38,670 bases of DNA from an uncultured Aminicenantes bacterium (GTDB lineage Bacteria; Acidobacteriota; Aminicenantia; UBA2199). Of this stretch, positions 18,102 to 27,947 are shown one piece after another. The first letter of the stretch is position 1. Each line of letters opens with the position of its first letter. The translations under genes and the position numbers were made by a program. The notes beneath the pieces are model-generated. The model did not search any database. It had not been told where the DNA came from and worked only from the letters and a program-made list of their open reading frames with translations. The stretch covers positions 1 through 38,670 of the forward strand of contig CBDAFS010000036.1 in NCBI GenBank assembly GCA_965195285.1, in the 5' to 3' direction.

Positions 18102-20048
18102 ATGAATAATTACCCAAATAAAAAATCGGTCATTGAAACCTTCCAGCGGGCCCTGGATCAATCCTCCTTTGTATTAAAAGAAAATCCCGAACTGACATTC
18201 CCCCAGATTTATAACAGGTTATTTCCCGAAATTGAGAAAAAGGGATTATTGTTGGAGAAATTGGAATCAGGGAAAAACAAATATAGCAAACCTTGGCTTA
18301 GAATATTAACTAAACCAAAAAAAACAAATCCTTTAATCAGAACTTTTTCCGGACACAAAGGGATGATAACAGACTGTGCTTTCAACCCCAAGGGAGACAT
18401 AATTGTTTCCTCTGGTATGGACCGGCAACTGAAGATCTGGGATGTGAAGACTGCTAAAGAGATTTCGACTCTAGGAGGACACAACCACGAAGTAACCGGA
18501 TGTGCATTCAGCCCGGATGGCAAACGCATTGTTTCTTCCAGCAAGGATGGCACCGTGAGGATTTGGGAGGTCGGGACATCCAGGGAAATCATAACCATTG
18601 GAGAAGCGTCCGGCGATCAATTATCCGAGGTAACCTTTATGACCTGCTGCGCCTTCAGTCCGGACGGCCAATACATAGCGGCCGGCGACAGTGAAGGAAA
18701 GATTAAACTATGGGATGCGGACAATAGAGAAATGATTCTCGATTTTCAGGGCCACCGATCATGGATCGTGCAACTGGAATTCAGCCATGACTGGAAGCAG
18801 ATTGCCTCGGCCTCATTTGATAATACGATAAAAGTCTGGGATACCATATCAGGCAGGCAAATTGCTGATTTTAAAGGACATCGGGACTTGAGTGATATAA
18901 CCAATTGGATGTCATTTGCCTTCAGTCCTGATGACAAATGGATCATATCATCAAGTTATGATGATTATAAAATCAGGATCTGGGACAGCAGCACCGGCCG
19001 GGAATTGTATACTCTATTTGGTTCCTTTGATGAACACCCGATATGGCATCATGATCATTCAGGCGAGTTTATTTTTTCCGGAAACAAGGAGGGAAAAATA
19101 ACTGCTTGGAGGACAGATGACCGGGCCAGAAATCATTATGAGGGAATGGAAATAGTTACCGTCAGGGGCCATGAAAAAAATATCACATCGTGTTCCATCA
19201 GCCCGTTAGGCAAATATCTGTTAACCGGGAGTGCCGATACCACCATGAAGTTATGGGATGTGAAAAAACTCGTGGATATTGCTGGCTCAAATTATGAAAA
19301 TGACCTGAAGGAACATTCACAAACAGAAAAATTATCCACTCAAAAAAAACACATTGGTGATGGTGAAGAAGTTGATCAAATCAACGTTGAAGAGTTAATA
19401 AATAATTACCAATTATACAAGGGAAATATCGGAGAAAATACCAGTCGGATCTACAGCCCGGACCGTCGCCTTATTGCTTCTGCCTCTTATCACCTGCGAG
19501 AAAAAAAGAAAGAAATTAAAATACTGGATACTGAAACCGGTGAGGAAATTTTAACCCTTGAAGATTGCACCCCGCATAGGATTTTCTCTTTTTTCTTTCC
19601 ACCCGGGGATGTGGATTTTGGGGTATTTTTACAATATCACAGGATTATCAAAGAATACTTGAGAATTGTGAATCTTTCCTTTAGCCCGGATGGGAATCAT
19701 GTGATTGCCTCCAGCGGTGACAGAACCCTGAATATATGGGAGACAAATAGCGGAAGAGAAATTTTTTCACTTAAGGGACATTTTTTTAAAGAATTTGATT
19801 TCGCCTTTAATCCCGAATTTGAAAAAATGGTGATTATTGAGGATGAAAACCATATTTTCGCTCTTGAAAATTTCAAGAAAGACCCGGCAATTAGCTCAGC
19901 CAAAAAAGAAGCAAATAATTTGTACTATGTATGCCCCTATTGCCAGGTAACAAATCCCATAGAAGAATCATCACTGGACCAGGAAATCACCTGTACTTCC
20001 TGTGGGCAGAAAAATAAGCTAAACCCATTTACCATCAAATTGGATTAA
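18102..20048 (+). CDS. Stand-alone WD40 cassette 1 (type A termini) with a C-terminal Zn ribbon
   Basis: N-module ETFQRALDQS.FVLKENPELTFPQIYNR...KPW; GH...C.FSPDG...WD repeats, degenerate in the second half; CPYC...CTSC...KLNPF. Confidence 0.9.
   Translation: MNNYPNKKSVIETFQRALDQSSFVLKENPELTFPQIYNRLFPEIEKKGLLLEKLESGKNKYSKPWLRILTKPKKTNPLIRTFSGHKGMITDCAFNPKGDIIVSSGMDRQLKIWDVKTAKEISTLGGHNHEVTGCAFSPDGKRIVSSSKDGTVRIWEVGTSREIITIGEASGDQLSEVTFMTCCAFSPDGQYIAAGDSEGKIKLWDADNREMILDFQGHRSWIVQLEFSHDWKQIASASFDNTIKVWDTISGRQIADFKGHRDLSDITNWMSFAFSPDDKWIISSSYDDYKIRIWDSSTGRELYTLFGSFDEHPIWHHDHSGEFIFSGNKEGKITAWRTDDRARNHYEGMEIVTVRGHEKNITSCSISPLGKYLLTGSADTTMKLWDVKKLVDIAGSNYENDLKEHSQTEKLSTQKKHIGDGEEVDQINVEELINNYQLYKGNIGENTSRIYSPDRRLIASASYHLREKKKEIKILDTETGEEILTLEDCTPHRIFSFFFPPGDVDFGVFLQYHRIIKEYLRIVNLSFSPDGNHVIASSGDRTLNIWETNSGREIFSLKGHFFKEFDFAFNPEFEKMVIIEDENHIFALENFKKDPAISSAKKEANNLYYVCPYCQVTNPIEESSLDQEITCTSCGQKNKLNPFTIKLD
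19980..20044 (+). repeat. 65-nt exact direct repeat at the 3' ends of type A cassettes; copy at 24979-25043
   Basis: caggaaatcacctgtacttcc...accatcaaattgga is identical in both places. Confidence 0.95.
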
Positions 20049-20074
20049 GCATGTATAGTCAGTGTTAAAGGACA

Positions 20075-22720
20075 ATGAATAATATTTCAGAAAAAAGAAA
20101 TGTGATCGAAACCTTCCAGCGAGCCCTGGATCAGTCTGCTTTTGTCCTCAAAGAAAATCCCGAACTCACCTTCCTCCAGATCTACAACCGCGCCCAGTGG
20201 AAAACAGAAAAAAATAAATTATTAAAGAATATACTTGATAGAGAAGAAATTAAATTCAAAAAACCCTGGTTAAAACTTATTAGCAGACCCGCAGAAAGTT
20301 CAGCTTATATACGCACTCTCACTGGCCACACTGGGTCTGTAAATGCATGTAAATTCAGTCCAGATGGTAAAAAGATTGTTTCAGCTAGCAATGATAAAAC
20401 TTTAAAAATCTGGGATGTTGAGACTGGGAAAGAGATAACTACTCTAAGAGGCCATACCAGTAGTGTGGAGGATTGTGCTTTTAGTCCTGATGGGAAAAAA
20501 ATTATCTCACGGAGTTATGGGAACACCCTCAAAATATGGGATGCAGAGACTGGAGGATTGATTACTCTGGCATGGCACACTATTGGGCTAAGCACTGGTG
20601 ACGTTTCCCTGGACAACAAAAAAATAGTCTCAGAAAATGAGTTTTTATCTGGTTTAAATTTCGGGGAAGACGAACCCGAAACTCACATGCTATTGGATGC
20701 TGAGACAGGAGAAGAATTAGCCACACTCTCAGACCACGGTAATATTGTGAATTCCTGTGGTTTCAGCCCCGATGGGGAAAAAATTATCACAGGGAGTAGA
20801 GATAACGCCCTCAAGCTGTGGAATTCAGAGACCGGTCGGAAGATTGCATCATTGTCAGGGCATACTGGTTCAGTAAACACCTGTGCCTTTAGTTCAGATG
20901 GGAAGCGTATTGTCTCTGCAAGCTTTGACAGGACTCTTAAAATCTGGAATGCTGAGAATGGCAGAGAACTTTTTACACTCAAAGGTCATAATTGTTCTGT
21001 GATTGCATGTGCTTTCAGCCCGTATGGCACTCGAATATTATCTGAAGATTCACAGAAGACAATCATACTTTGGGATGCTGAGAATGGACACAAAATAGCT
21101 ACCCTCCAAGTAGGTTATGCTGGATATGAAAATCGACCAAGATTAAAATACATCCCTCTCGTACATGCCTTTAGTTCTGATAATAGGCATTTGATTTTTG
21201 CAAGAGATTTTGACAAATCCCTAGAACTGAGGGATGCTAAATCCGGTAAAATGATTGCTACATTGATAGGGCATCCTGATGATGTTTACACCTGTGCATT
21301 TTCCCCGGATAGCAAAAAAATTGTTTCAGGAAGTAATGGTTTGAATAACAACCTCAAGCTGTGGGATACCAAGACAGGAGAAGAAATAGCCACACTCTCA
21401 GGCCACAATTGTTTTGTGAATTGCTGTGCATTTAGCCCTGATGGGAGATGTATTGTCTCTGCAAGCGATGATAAAACTCTTAAAATTTGGGATGCTGAAT
21501 CAAGAGAAGAATTAAGTCTCCCTGTGTGCCATACTAATATTGTGAATTCCTGTGCATTCAGCCCTGATGGGAGACGTATTGTCTCTTCAAGCGATGATAA
21601 AACTCTTAAGCTATGGGATGCTGGGACCGGTGAGGAACTGAGCACTCTCACAGGTCATCCCGACGTTGTGCAAGCCTGTGCTTTCAGTCCTGATGGTAGA
21701 CGAATTTTTTCTGGAGGTAGATCCCAATTTCATCTTGACCCAAATGATATAAAAAACGTAACAAAGCTCTGGGATACAGAAACAGAGATTGACATAAAGA
21801 CTTTCGAAAGTTTTCATGGCTACTTAAGAGCCTGTGCATTCAGTCCCGATGGAAAGTATATTGTTTCTGCTGGTAATACAATGGACTTAAATTTATGGGA
21901 TGCTGAAGCTGGATATGAAACAGACATACTCTCCGGTCATGGTCATTTGGTTAATGGATGTATTTTTAGTCCTGATGGTAGTTATGTGGTTTCTGCAAGT
22001 AATGACAGATCTCTCAAGATCTGGCTTACTGAGACTATTAAGGAGCTTCACACGCTCACAGGTCACCCTGATGTGGTGAATTCCTGTGCTATTTCACCTG
22101 ACGGTAAAAAAATCGTCTCAGGAAGCAATGGTTTTAATAACAACCTCAAGCTGTGGAATACCAAGTCAGGAGAGGAACTGTCCACCCTAGAAGGTCATAC
22201 TGATGATGTAAACGCCTGTACTTTTAGTCCTGATAGTAAGCATATTATCTCTGCAAGCAGAGATAAAACCCTCAAACTCTGGGATGTAAGAACTGGAAAA
22301 GAACTAACTAATCTTAAAGGATATACTTCTGCGGTGAATGCCTGTGCTTTGAGTCCTGATGGAAGACATATTGTTTTAGGGGATCATATGGGATGTATCC
22401 TCCTTCTTTCCATTGAAAATGTTAAGCATTTCATTCCTTATGTAACTTCTGTACGAATAAAGATTTTTGGAAAAAATATTTTTTGGGAAAATAATATCAA
22501 AACAACCTGTAAGTTGTGTGGTAAACGTTTTCCGGTTTCGGATGACATTCTTGATTTGATAAGATCCATTAACCGGAATGCCGGAATCACGCCTGACCAA
22601 TCTCCCTGTCTCAATCTTCCAGACGAAGCCTGGGATGATCCGGTATTGATATCCGAATGTCCCCTCTGTCATAAACCATTAAAATTTAATCCATTTATTG
22701 TGGATAATAAAGATAAATAA
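20075..22720 (+). CDS. Stand-alone WD40 cassette 2 (type B termini) with a C-terminal Zn ribbon
   Basis: Same N-module; roughly 14-15 WD repeats (double propeller); CKLC...CPLC...KFNPF. Confidence 0.9.
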   Translation: MNNISEKRNVIETFQRALDQSAFVLKENPELTFLQIYNRAQWKTEKNKLLKNILDREEIKFKKPWLKLISRPAESSAYIRTLTGHTGSVNACKFSPDGKKIVSASNDKTLKIWDVETGKEITTLRGHTSSVEDCAFSPDGKKIISRSYGNTLKIWDAETGGLITLAWHTIGLSTGDVSLDNKKIVSENEFLSGLNFGEDEPETHMLLDAETGEELATLSDHGNIVNSCGFSPDGEKIITGSRDNALKLWNSETGRKIASLSGHTGSVNTCAFSSDGKRIVSASFDRTLKIWNAENGRELFTLKGHNCSVIACAFSPYGTRILSEDSQKTIILWDAENGHKIATLQVGYAGYENRPRLKYIPLVHAFSSDNRHLIFARDFDKSLELRDAKSGKMIATLIGHPDDVYTCAFSPDSKKIVSGSNGLNNNLKLWDTKTGEEIATLSGHNCFVNCCAFSPDGRCIVSASDDKTLKIWDAESREELSLPVCHTNIVNSCAFSPDGRRIVSSSDDKTLKLWDAGTGEELSTLTGHPDVVQACAFSPDGRRIFSGGRSQFHLDPNDIKNVTKLWDTETEIDIKTFESFHGYLRACAFSPDGKYIVSAGNTMDLNLWDAEAGYETDILSGHGHLVNGCIFSPDGSYVVSASNDRSLKIWLTETIKELHTLTGHPDVVNSCAISPDGKKIVSGSNGFNNNLKLWNTKSGEELSTLEGHTDDVNACTFSPDSKHIISASRDKTLKLWDVRTGKELTNLKGYTSAVNACALSPDGRHIVLGDHMGCILLLSIENVKHFIPYVTSVRIKIFGKNIFWENNIKTTCKLCGKRFPVSDDILDLIRSINRNAGITPDQSPCLNLPDEAWDDPVLISECPLCHKPLKFNPFIVDNKDK
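22532..22590 (+). repeat. 59-nt exact direct repeat in the 3' region of type B cassettes; copy at 27550-27608
   Basis: ccggtttcggatgacattc...gccggaatcac is identical in both; similarity continues to the stop codons. Confidence 0.95.
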
Positions 22721-22767
22721 CAACGATGAAAATTAATTTAAAAATCAAATTAATTGAAAAAATATAA

Positions 22768-25047
22768 ATGGATAATTACCCAAATAAAAAATCGGTCATT
22801 GAAACTTTCCAGCGAGCCCTGGATCAATCCGCTTTTGTTTTAAAAGAAAATCCCGAACTCACCTTCCCCCAGATCTACAACCGCGCCCAGGTTCACTTCG
22901 AGGAAAATCCCTTATTGAAAACTGTAGTTCAGGAAGCGGAAAAAAAATTTATAAGACCCTGGTTTTTTATTTCAACCCCTGCCAGAGAGAGCACCGGTTA
23001 CATCCGGTCCTTCGAGGGCCACACCCGGCAGGTAAGATCCTGCGCTTTCAGTCCGGATGGAAAAAAAATTGTATCTGTAAGCTGGGATAAAACCCTCAGA
23101 ATATGGAATACCGAAACCGGAGAAGAACTCAACACCCTGATGGGTCATACCCTGAGGGTAATGGACTGCGATTTCAGCCCGGACGGCAAACTCATTGTCT
23201 CCTGCAGCATGGACAGGACCATCAGGTTGTGGGATTCACACACCGGAAACGAACTCAAGGTGCTGGATGACCAGGACCGATCGATTCGGGCCTGCGCCTT
23301 TGGTCCGAACAGCAGAGACCTACTGACGGCTGCTTCCGGCAATGAGTTCAGCCTCTGGGACATTTCATCCGGAAAGATCATTCTCACTTTTAAAGGTCAT
23401 ACAGATAGAGTTGCTGACTTTGACTTCAGCCCGGATGGGAATCGTATCGTATCGGCCAGCCATGACAAAACCCTCAAAATATGGGACAAAAATACCGGAA
23501 AGGAATTGCACAGCCTGATTGGTCATTCCGATACAGTCACATCCTGTGCCTACCGATCTGACGGGAAACAGATTGTGTCCGCCAGCAGGGATAAAACCGT
23601 CAGAACCTGGAATGCGCTGACCGGTTCCGAGCTCCTGGTCATCACCGCTCATGTGGATGAAGTCACCACCTGTACTTTTGACCCCGAAGGGTCACAAATT
23701 TTGTCCGGCAGCAAGGACACGACCCTCAAACTCTGGGATGCCCGATCCGGTAAAGAACTTTCAACTTTTCAGGGACATTTTTTCAGTGTGGACACCTGCG
23801 CTTTCAACCCTGATGGCAATTATATTCTGTCGGGAAGCGGGGACCGAACTCTGAGACTCTGGAAAGGAGATAAAAAAAGTGAAGAATCAATAACTGCCGG
23901 GGGACATACCAAAAGGGTGAACGTCTGTTCCCTCAGCCCTGACAACAAATATCTCGTAACCGGAAGCCGGGACAAAACCCTCAAGATTTGGGATGTCCAT
24001 TCCGGAGAGGAACTGGCTACCCTGAAAGGACATATCGGGGAGATACGACTTTGTCAATTCAGACCGGACGTTAAAACCTTTGTCTCGGCAGATGATTCCG
24101 TATTCAAACTCTGGGAGGCAGAGCCCGGGGAACTGCGACTCCAATTCGAAGGTTACGATGTAAACATACACCATTTTGACTTCAATTTAAACGGAACCGT
24201 CATGGTTTCTTCAAGTAACGATCATTCCCCGAAACTCTGGAATGCAGAAAATGGACAGGTCATTAAAACCTTTGAGGGCCACAATCAAATTGTATACTTC
24301 TGCTTATTCACCCCGGACAACAAAAAGATTCTTTCAGCAAGCGCTGATAAGACCATTAAGATCTGGGATGTTAAAACCGGTCGGGAACTCAAAACCCTTA
24401 CCGGGCACAACAGCGGAGTTAAGGATTGTTTTCTCAGCCCTGACAGTACGCAAATCATTTCCAGAGATTATGATGATGTTGTTAAGATATGGAATTTTAT
24501 TGAGGGGAAGGAATTGAAAAGCTATTCAGGACACTTAATTGGGGCGTTCAGCCCGGACAGCCGGTTTATTGCCCTGGGAGATACTCACCATGCCATCCGA
24601 ATCCTGGATGCACGAACCTTTGAAACGCTTTTCATCCTCCGCGGTCACAAAGATGATATCAGTGAATTCAAATTCAGTCCCAATGCCAGGTATCTTTTTT
24701 CATCCGATTTTGACCGCGCCATCCGGGTCTGGGATTTGAAAACAGGAGAGCAGTGTGCTGCTTTCAGGGGACATTCTGCCTGGATATCCTGTTTTGCCAT
24801 GACGTCTGATGAAGAAAAAATCGTGATTGGAGACAGTTCGGGCCGGGTGATATTCACCACCCTGAAAAATATTGATTTTGGACCGGCCATTGTCACGGCC
24901 TACCAGGAATCCGATCAGTTGTTCTTTTTCTGCAAATACTGCAATAAAAAAAATACTATTCCGGAATCCTCCACGAGTCAGGAAATCACCTGTACTTCCT
25001 GTGGGCAGAAAAATAAGCTAAACCCATTTACCATCAAATTGGACTAA
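22768..25047 (+). CDS. Stand-alone WD40 cassette 3 (type A termini) with a C-terminal Zn ribbon
   Basis: Same N-module; about 14-15 WD repeats; CKYC...CTSC...KLNPF. Confidence 0.9.
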   Translation: MDNYPNKKSVIETFQRALDQSAFVLKENPELTFPQIYNRAQVHFEENPLLKTVVQEAEKKFIRPWFFISTPARESTGYIRSFEGHTRQVRSCAFSPDGKKIVSVSWDKTLRIWNTETGEELNTLMGHTLRVMDCDFSPDGKLIVSCSMDRTIRLWDSHTGNELKVLDDQDRSIRACAFGPNSRDLLTAASGNEFSLWDISSGKIILTFKGHTDRVADFDFSPDGNRIVSASHDKTLKIWDKNTGKELHSLIGHSDTVTSCAYRSDGKQIVSASRDKTVRTWNALTGSELLVITAHVDEVTTCTFDPEGSQILSGSKDTTLKLWDARSGKELSTFQGHFFSVDTCAFNPDGNYILSGSGDRTLRLWKGDKKSEESITAGGHTKRVNVCSLSPDNKYLVTGSRDKTLKIWDVHSGEELATLKGHIGEIRLCQFRPDVKTFVSADDSVFKLWEAEPGELRLQFEGYDVNIHHFDFNLNGTVMVSSSNDHSPKLWNAENGQVIKTFEGHNQIVYFCLFTPDNKKILSASADKTIKIWDVKTGRELKTLTGHNSGVKDCFLSPDSTQIISRDYDDVVKIWNFIEGKELKSYSGHLIGAFSPDSRFIALGDTHHAIRILDARTFETLFILRGHKDDISEFKFSPNARYLFSSDFDRAIRVWDLKTGEQCAAFRGHSAWISCFAMTSDEEKIVIGDSSGRVIFTTLKNIDFGPAIVTAYQESDQLFFFCKYCNKKNTIPESSTSQEITCTSCGQKNKLNPFTIKLD

Positions 25048-25074
25048 GTATGGATATTTGATGTTTAATGAACA

Positions 25075-27738
25075 ATGAATAATATTTCAGAAAAAAGAAT
25101 AGTGATCGAAACCTTCCAGCGGGCACTGGACCAATCGGCTTTTGTCCTCAAGGAAAACCCAGAACTCACCTTCCCCCAGGTTTACAATCGGGCTCAGTGG
25201 AAAAGAGATAAAAACGAATTACTCAAAAATAAACTCGATTCAGAAGAAAAAAAATTTAAAAAGCCTTGGTTTAAAATTTTAACCAGACCCATAGAAAACG
25301 TTGCTCTTGTTCGTACATTTACCGGGCATACTGATTTCATTAGATTATGTGCCTTTAGCAATGACGGGAAGCGCATTGTATCTACAAGTGAAGATATGAT
25401 GATCATTCTCTGGAATACTGAAACTGGCGAGATTATTAGAATTCTTGATAAATTATACGACGCAAAACCTTTATGTGAATTTAGTCCGGATGGAAAACTC
25501 CTTGTCTCTACAAGCAATAAGAATACCTTAAAAATCTGGGATTCAGTAAATGGATCAGAGATAAAAACTCTTTCAGGTCATAAAGGAAGGCTAACAGCCT
25601 GCTCATTCAATCCGAACGGAAAATATATTATATCTGCAAGTGAAGATGAAACTCTTAAAATCTGGGATACCAAAACTGGAAAAGAATATAAAACTCTTAA
25701 GGGACACGGAAGTACAGTGACCAATTTTGCACTCAGTCAAGATGGAATGTTTATTGTCTCTTCAAGTCTGGATAAAACCCTGAAGCTATGGAATCTAAAA
25801 ACTGGAGAGGAAATTAGAGTTTTTTCAGGTCATAATCATTGGATAGAAGCATGCAAATTAAGCCCTGACATGAAGCGCATTATATCTATAAGCTATTTAC
25901 ATAATGGACGGAATACATTGAAATTGTGGGATGTCAAAACCGTAAAGGAAATCACCGAGCTAAAGGGGCACAGTAATAAAGTTGCAGCCTGTAACTTCAA
26001 CCTTGATGGTAGTCTTATTATCTCTGCAAGTAGTGATAGCGTCCTAAAAATATGGAATTCAAAGGACGGTCAAGAGATCAAAACCCTTAAAGGACATACT
26101 GATAGTGTTTATACTTTTGCATTCAGTCCTGATGGGAAACATATCGTATCTGCAAGTGAAGATAAGACTCTAAAGATATGGAATATAGAAAGTTGTGAGG
26201 AAGTCACTACCTTGAGGGGTCATGCTGAATTTGTATATGCCTGTTCTTTCAGTGCTGACGGGAGATATATTATTTCTGGAAGTGGAGATCATACCTTAAA
26301 ACTCTGGGATGTAAACTCCGCAATTGATATTAAATATCATGAAGGGCATACCAATGAGGTAAATGATTGTGAATTCAGTTATGACAATCATCATATCATC
26401 TCGGCTAGCAATGATAAAACCCTGAAACTTTGGGATGTTGAATCTGGGCAGGAGATCAACACTGTAAAAGGACACACTGAAGCTGTTAAAGCCTGTGTTT
26501 TTAGCCCGAATGGAAAAAAATTTTTTTCAGTTAGTGAAGATAAAAAAATCAAGATATGGAATGCCGAAAGTGGTATGGAACTTGACATGCTCGAAGGTCA
26601 CACCGAGAAGATTTATTGCTGTGCATTGAGTCCTGATGGCAGGAGAATTGTCTCTGGCGGTGGATTATTTGATTATGAAAAACCGGCATTTGGTGAATTA
26701 AAGCTGTGGGATACGGAGTCCAAAAATGAGCTTAGAACCCTCAAAGGACACACAGAACCAGTAAATATCTGTTCATTTAGTCCAGATGGAAAACATATTG
26801 TATCTGGAAGTAATGATAAAACCCTAAGGATATGGGAATCCCAGACCGGCGAAGAGATCAGCCGCTTTGAAGGTCATACCGGACATATAAGTGCCTGCGT
26901 TTTCAGCCCGGATGGCAGGCACATTGTCTCAACTGGGGGAGTTTATGACGGAAACCTTCGTATTTGGGACATTAAGACTGGGAATGAAATAATTTCTGGT
27001 TACGGGCATAGGTATGGCGTACATACATGTGATATCAGTCCAAACGGCAGGTTTTTCGTATCTTCAGGTGGAGATCAGACAATCAAATTATGGGAAGCCA
27101 AAACAGGTAGGAATGTCAATGATCTTAAAACTCACATTCAATGGGTGGGGACCTGCTCATTCAGCCCAGATGGAAAATATCTTATTGCAGCAAGCGACAG
27201 ATACAATGCCCAAAGATTTCATTCATCAAAACTTATCTCAATCTCAGCTGATACAATGAAACTTTGGAATATAAAAACAGGGATTGATAATATTACCCTT
27301 AAGGGTCATACGGGCCGTGTAAGGGTATGTAAATTCAGTCCTAGTGGAAGACGAATAGTTATTGCTGATAAATCAGGCCAAGTTTTAATCATTTCTATAG
27401 AAAATTTTGAAATATCAGTTCCAATTGTCACAGCGGTTCGACTAATACTTTTTAAGCCTATTGGGATATTTTGTAGGGCAATCACAAGAAACAGACAATA
27501 TTGGGATGAAAACATCACAGCAGTCTGTCTTTGGTGTGGGAAGCGGTTCCCGGTTTCGGATGACATTCTTGATTTGATAAGATCCATTAACCGGAATGCC
27601 GGAATCACTCCTGACCAATCTCCCTGTCTTCATCTCCCAGACGACGCCTGGGGAGAACCCAGACTTATTTCAAAATGTCCCCTCTGCCATAAACCCTTAA
27701 AATTTAATCCTTTTATCGTGGATAATCGGGATAAATAA
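25075..27738 (+). CDS. Stand-alone WD40 cassette 4 (type B termini) with a C-terminal Zn ribbon
   Basis: Same N-module; about 15-16 WD repeats; CLWC...CPLC...KFNPF. Confidence 0.9.
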   Translation: MNNISEKRIVIETFQRALDQSAFVLKENPELTFPQVYNRAQWKRDKNELLKNKLDSEEKKFKKPWFKILTRPIENVALVRTFTGHTDFIRLCAFSNDGKRIVSTSEDMMIILWNTETGEIIRILDKLYDAKPLCEFSPDGKLLVSTSNKNTLKIWDSVNGSEIKTLSGHKGRLTACSFNPNGKYIISASEDETLKIWDTKTGKEYKTLKGHGSTVTNFALSQDGMFIVSSSLDKTLKLWNLKTGEEIRVFSGHNHWIEACKLSPDMKRIISISYLHNGRNTLKLWDVKTVKEITELKGHSNKVAACNFNLDGSLIISASSDSVLKIWNSKDGQEIKTLKGHTDSVYTFAFSPDGKHIVSASEDKTLKIWNIESCEEVTTLRGHAEFVYACSFSADGRYIISGSGDHTLKLWDVNSAIDIKYHEGHTNEVNDCEFSYDNHHIISASNDKTLKLWDVESGQEINTVKGHTEAVKACVFSPNGKKFFSVSEDKKIKIWNAESGMELDMLEGHTEKIYCCALSPDGRRIVSGGGLFDYEKPAFGELKLWDTESKNELRTLKGHTEPVNICSFSPDGKHIVSGSNDKTLRIWESQTGEEISRFEGHTGHISACVFSPDGRHIVSTGGVYDGNLRIWDIKTGNEIISGYGHRYGVHTCDISPNGRFFVSSGGDQTIKLWEAKTGRNVNDLKTHIQWVGTCSFSPDGKYLIAASDRYNAQRFHSSKLISISADTMKLWNIKTGIDNITLKGHTGRVRVCKFSPSGRRIVIADKSGQVLIISIENFEISVPIVTAVRLILFKPIGIFCRAITRNRQYWDENITAVCLWCGKRFPVSDDILDLIRSINRNAGITPDQSPCLHLPDDAWGEPRLISKCPLCHKPLKFNPFIVDNRDK

Positions 27739-27755
27739 AATGGTCTCAGTAATAA

Positions 27756-27932
27756 ATGAATAATTTAACAGCTAAGAGATCAGTTCTGGAAACCTTCCAG
27801 AGGGCACTGGATCAATCCACCTTTGTGTTGAAGGAAGAACCGGGGCTCACTTTTCCCCAAATTTATAACAGAGCTCAATGGAAGACTGATAAAAATATAT
27901 TATTAAAACAAAAACTTGCTAAAATATTATGA
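27756..27932 (+). CDS. 58-aa micro-ORF holding only the cassette N-terminal helical module (microprotein or truncated cassette)
   Basis: MNNLTAKRSVLETFQRALDQSTFVLKEEPGLTFPQIYNRAQWKTDKNILLKQKLAKIL*; not present in the ORF track. Confidence 0.75.
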   Translation: MNNLTAKRSVLETFQRALDQSTFVLKEEPGLTFPQIYNRAQWKTDKNILLKQKLAKIL

Positions 27933-27947
27933 ATAAGAGAGGGAAAA

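Noticed and set aside
18209-27633. Recurrent antisense ORFs with 'PSGLNAQ/PSGLKAQ' repeats
   Set aside because: They are the reverse-complement reading of the FSPDG WD40 motif.
18102-27738. Assembly artefact duplicating WD40 genes, given that the 20075 and 25075 starts are exactly 5000 nt apart
   Set aside because: Interiors are clearly different, exact matches are only ~60 nt, and neighbouring offsets are 4999 and 5018. The round number looks coincidental.
18102-27932. Diversity-generating retroelement (template/variable repeat pair) behind the repeated 3' ends
   Set aside because: No reverse transcriptase in the window. Differences between copies are not confined to adenines, and the repeats are the constant rather than the variable parts.
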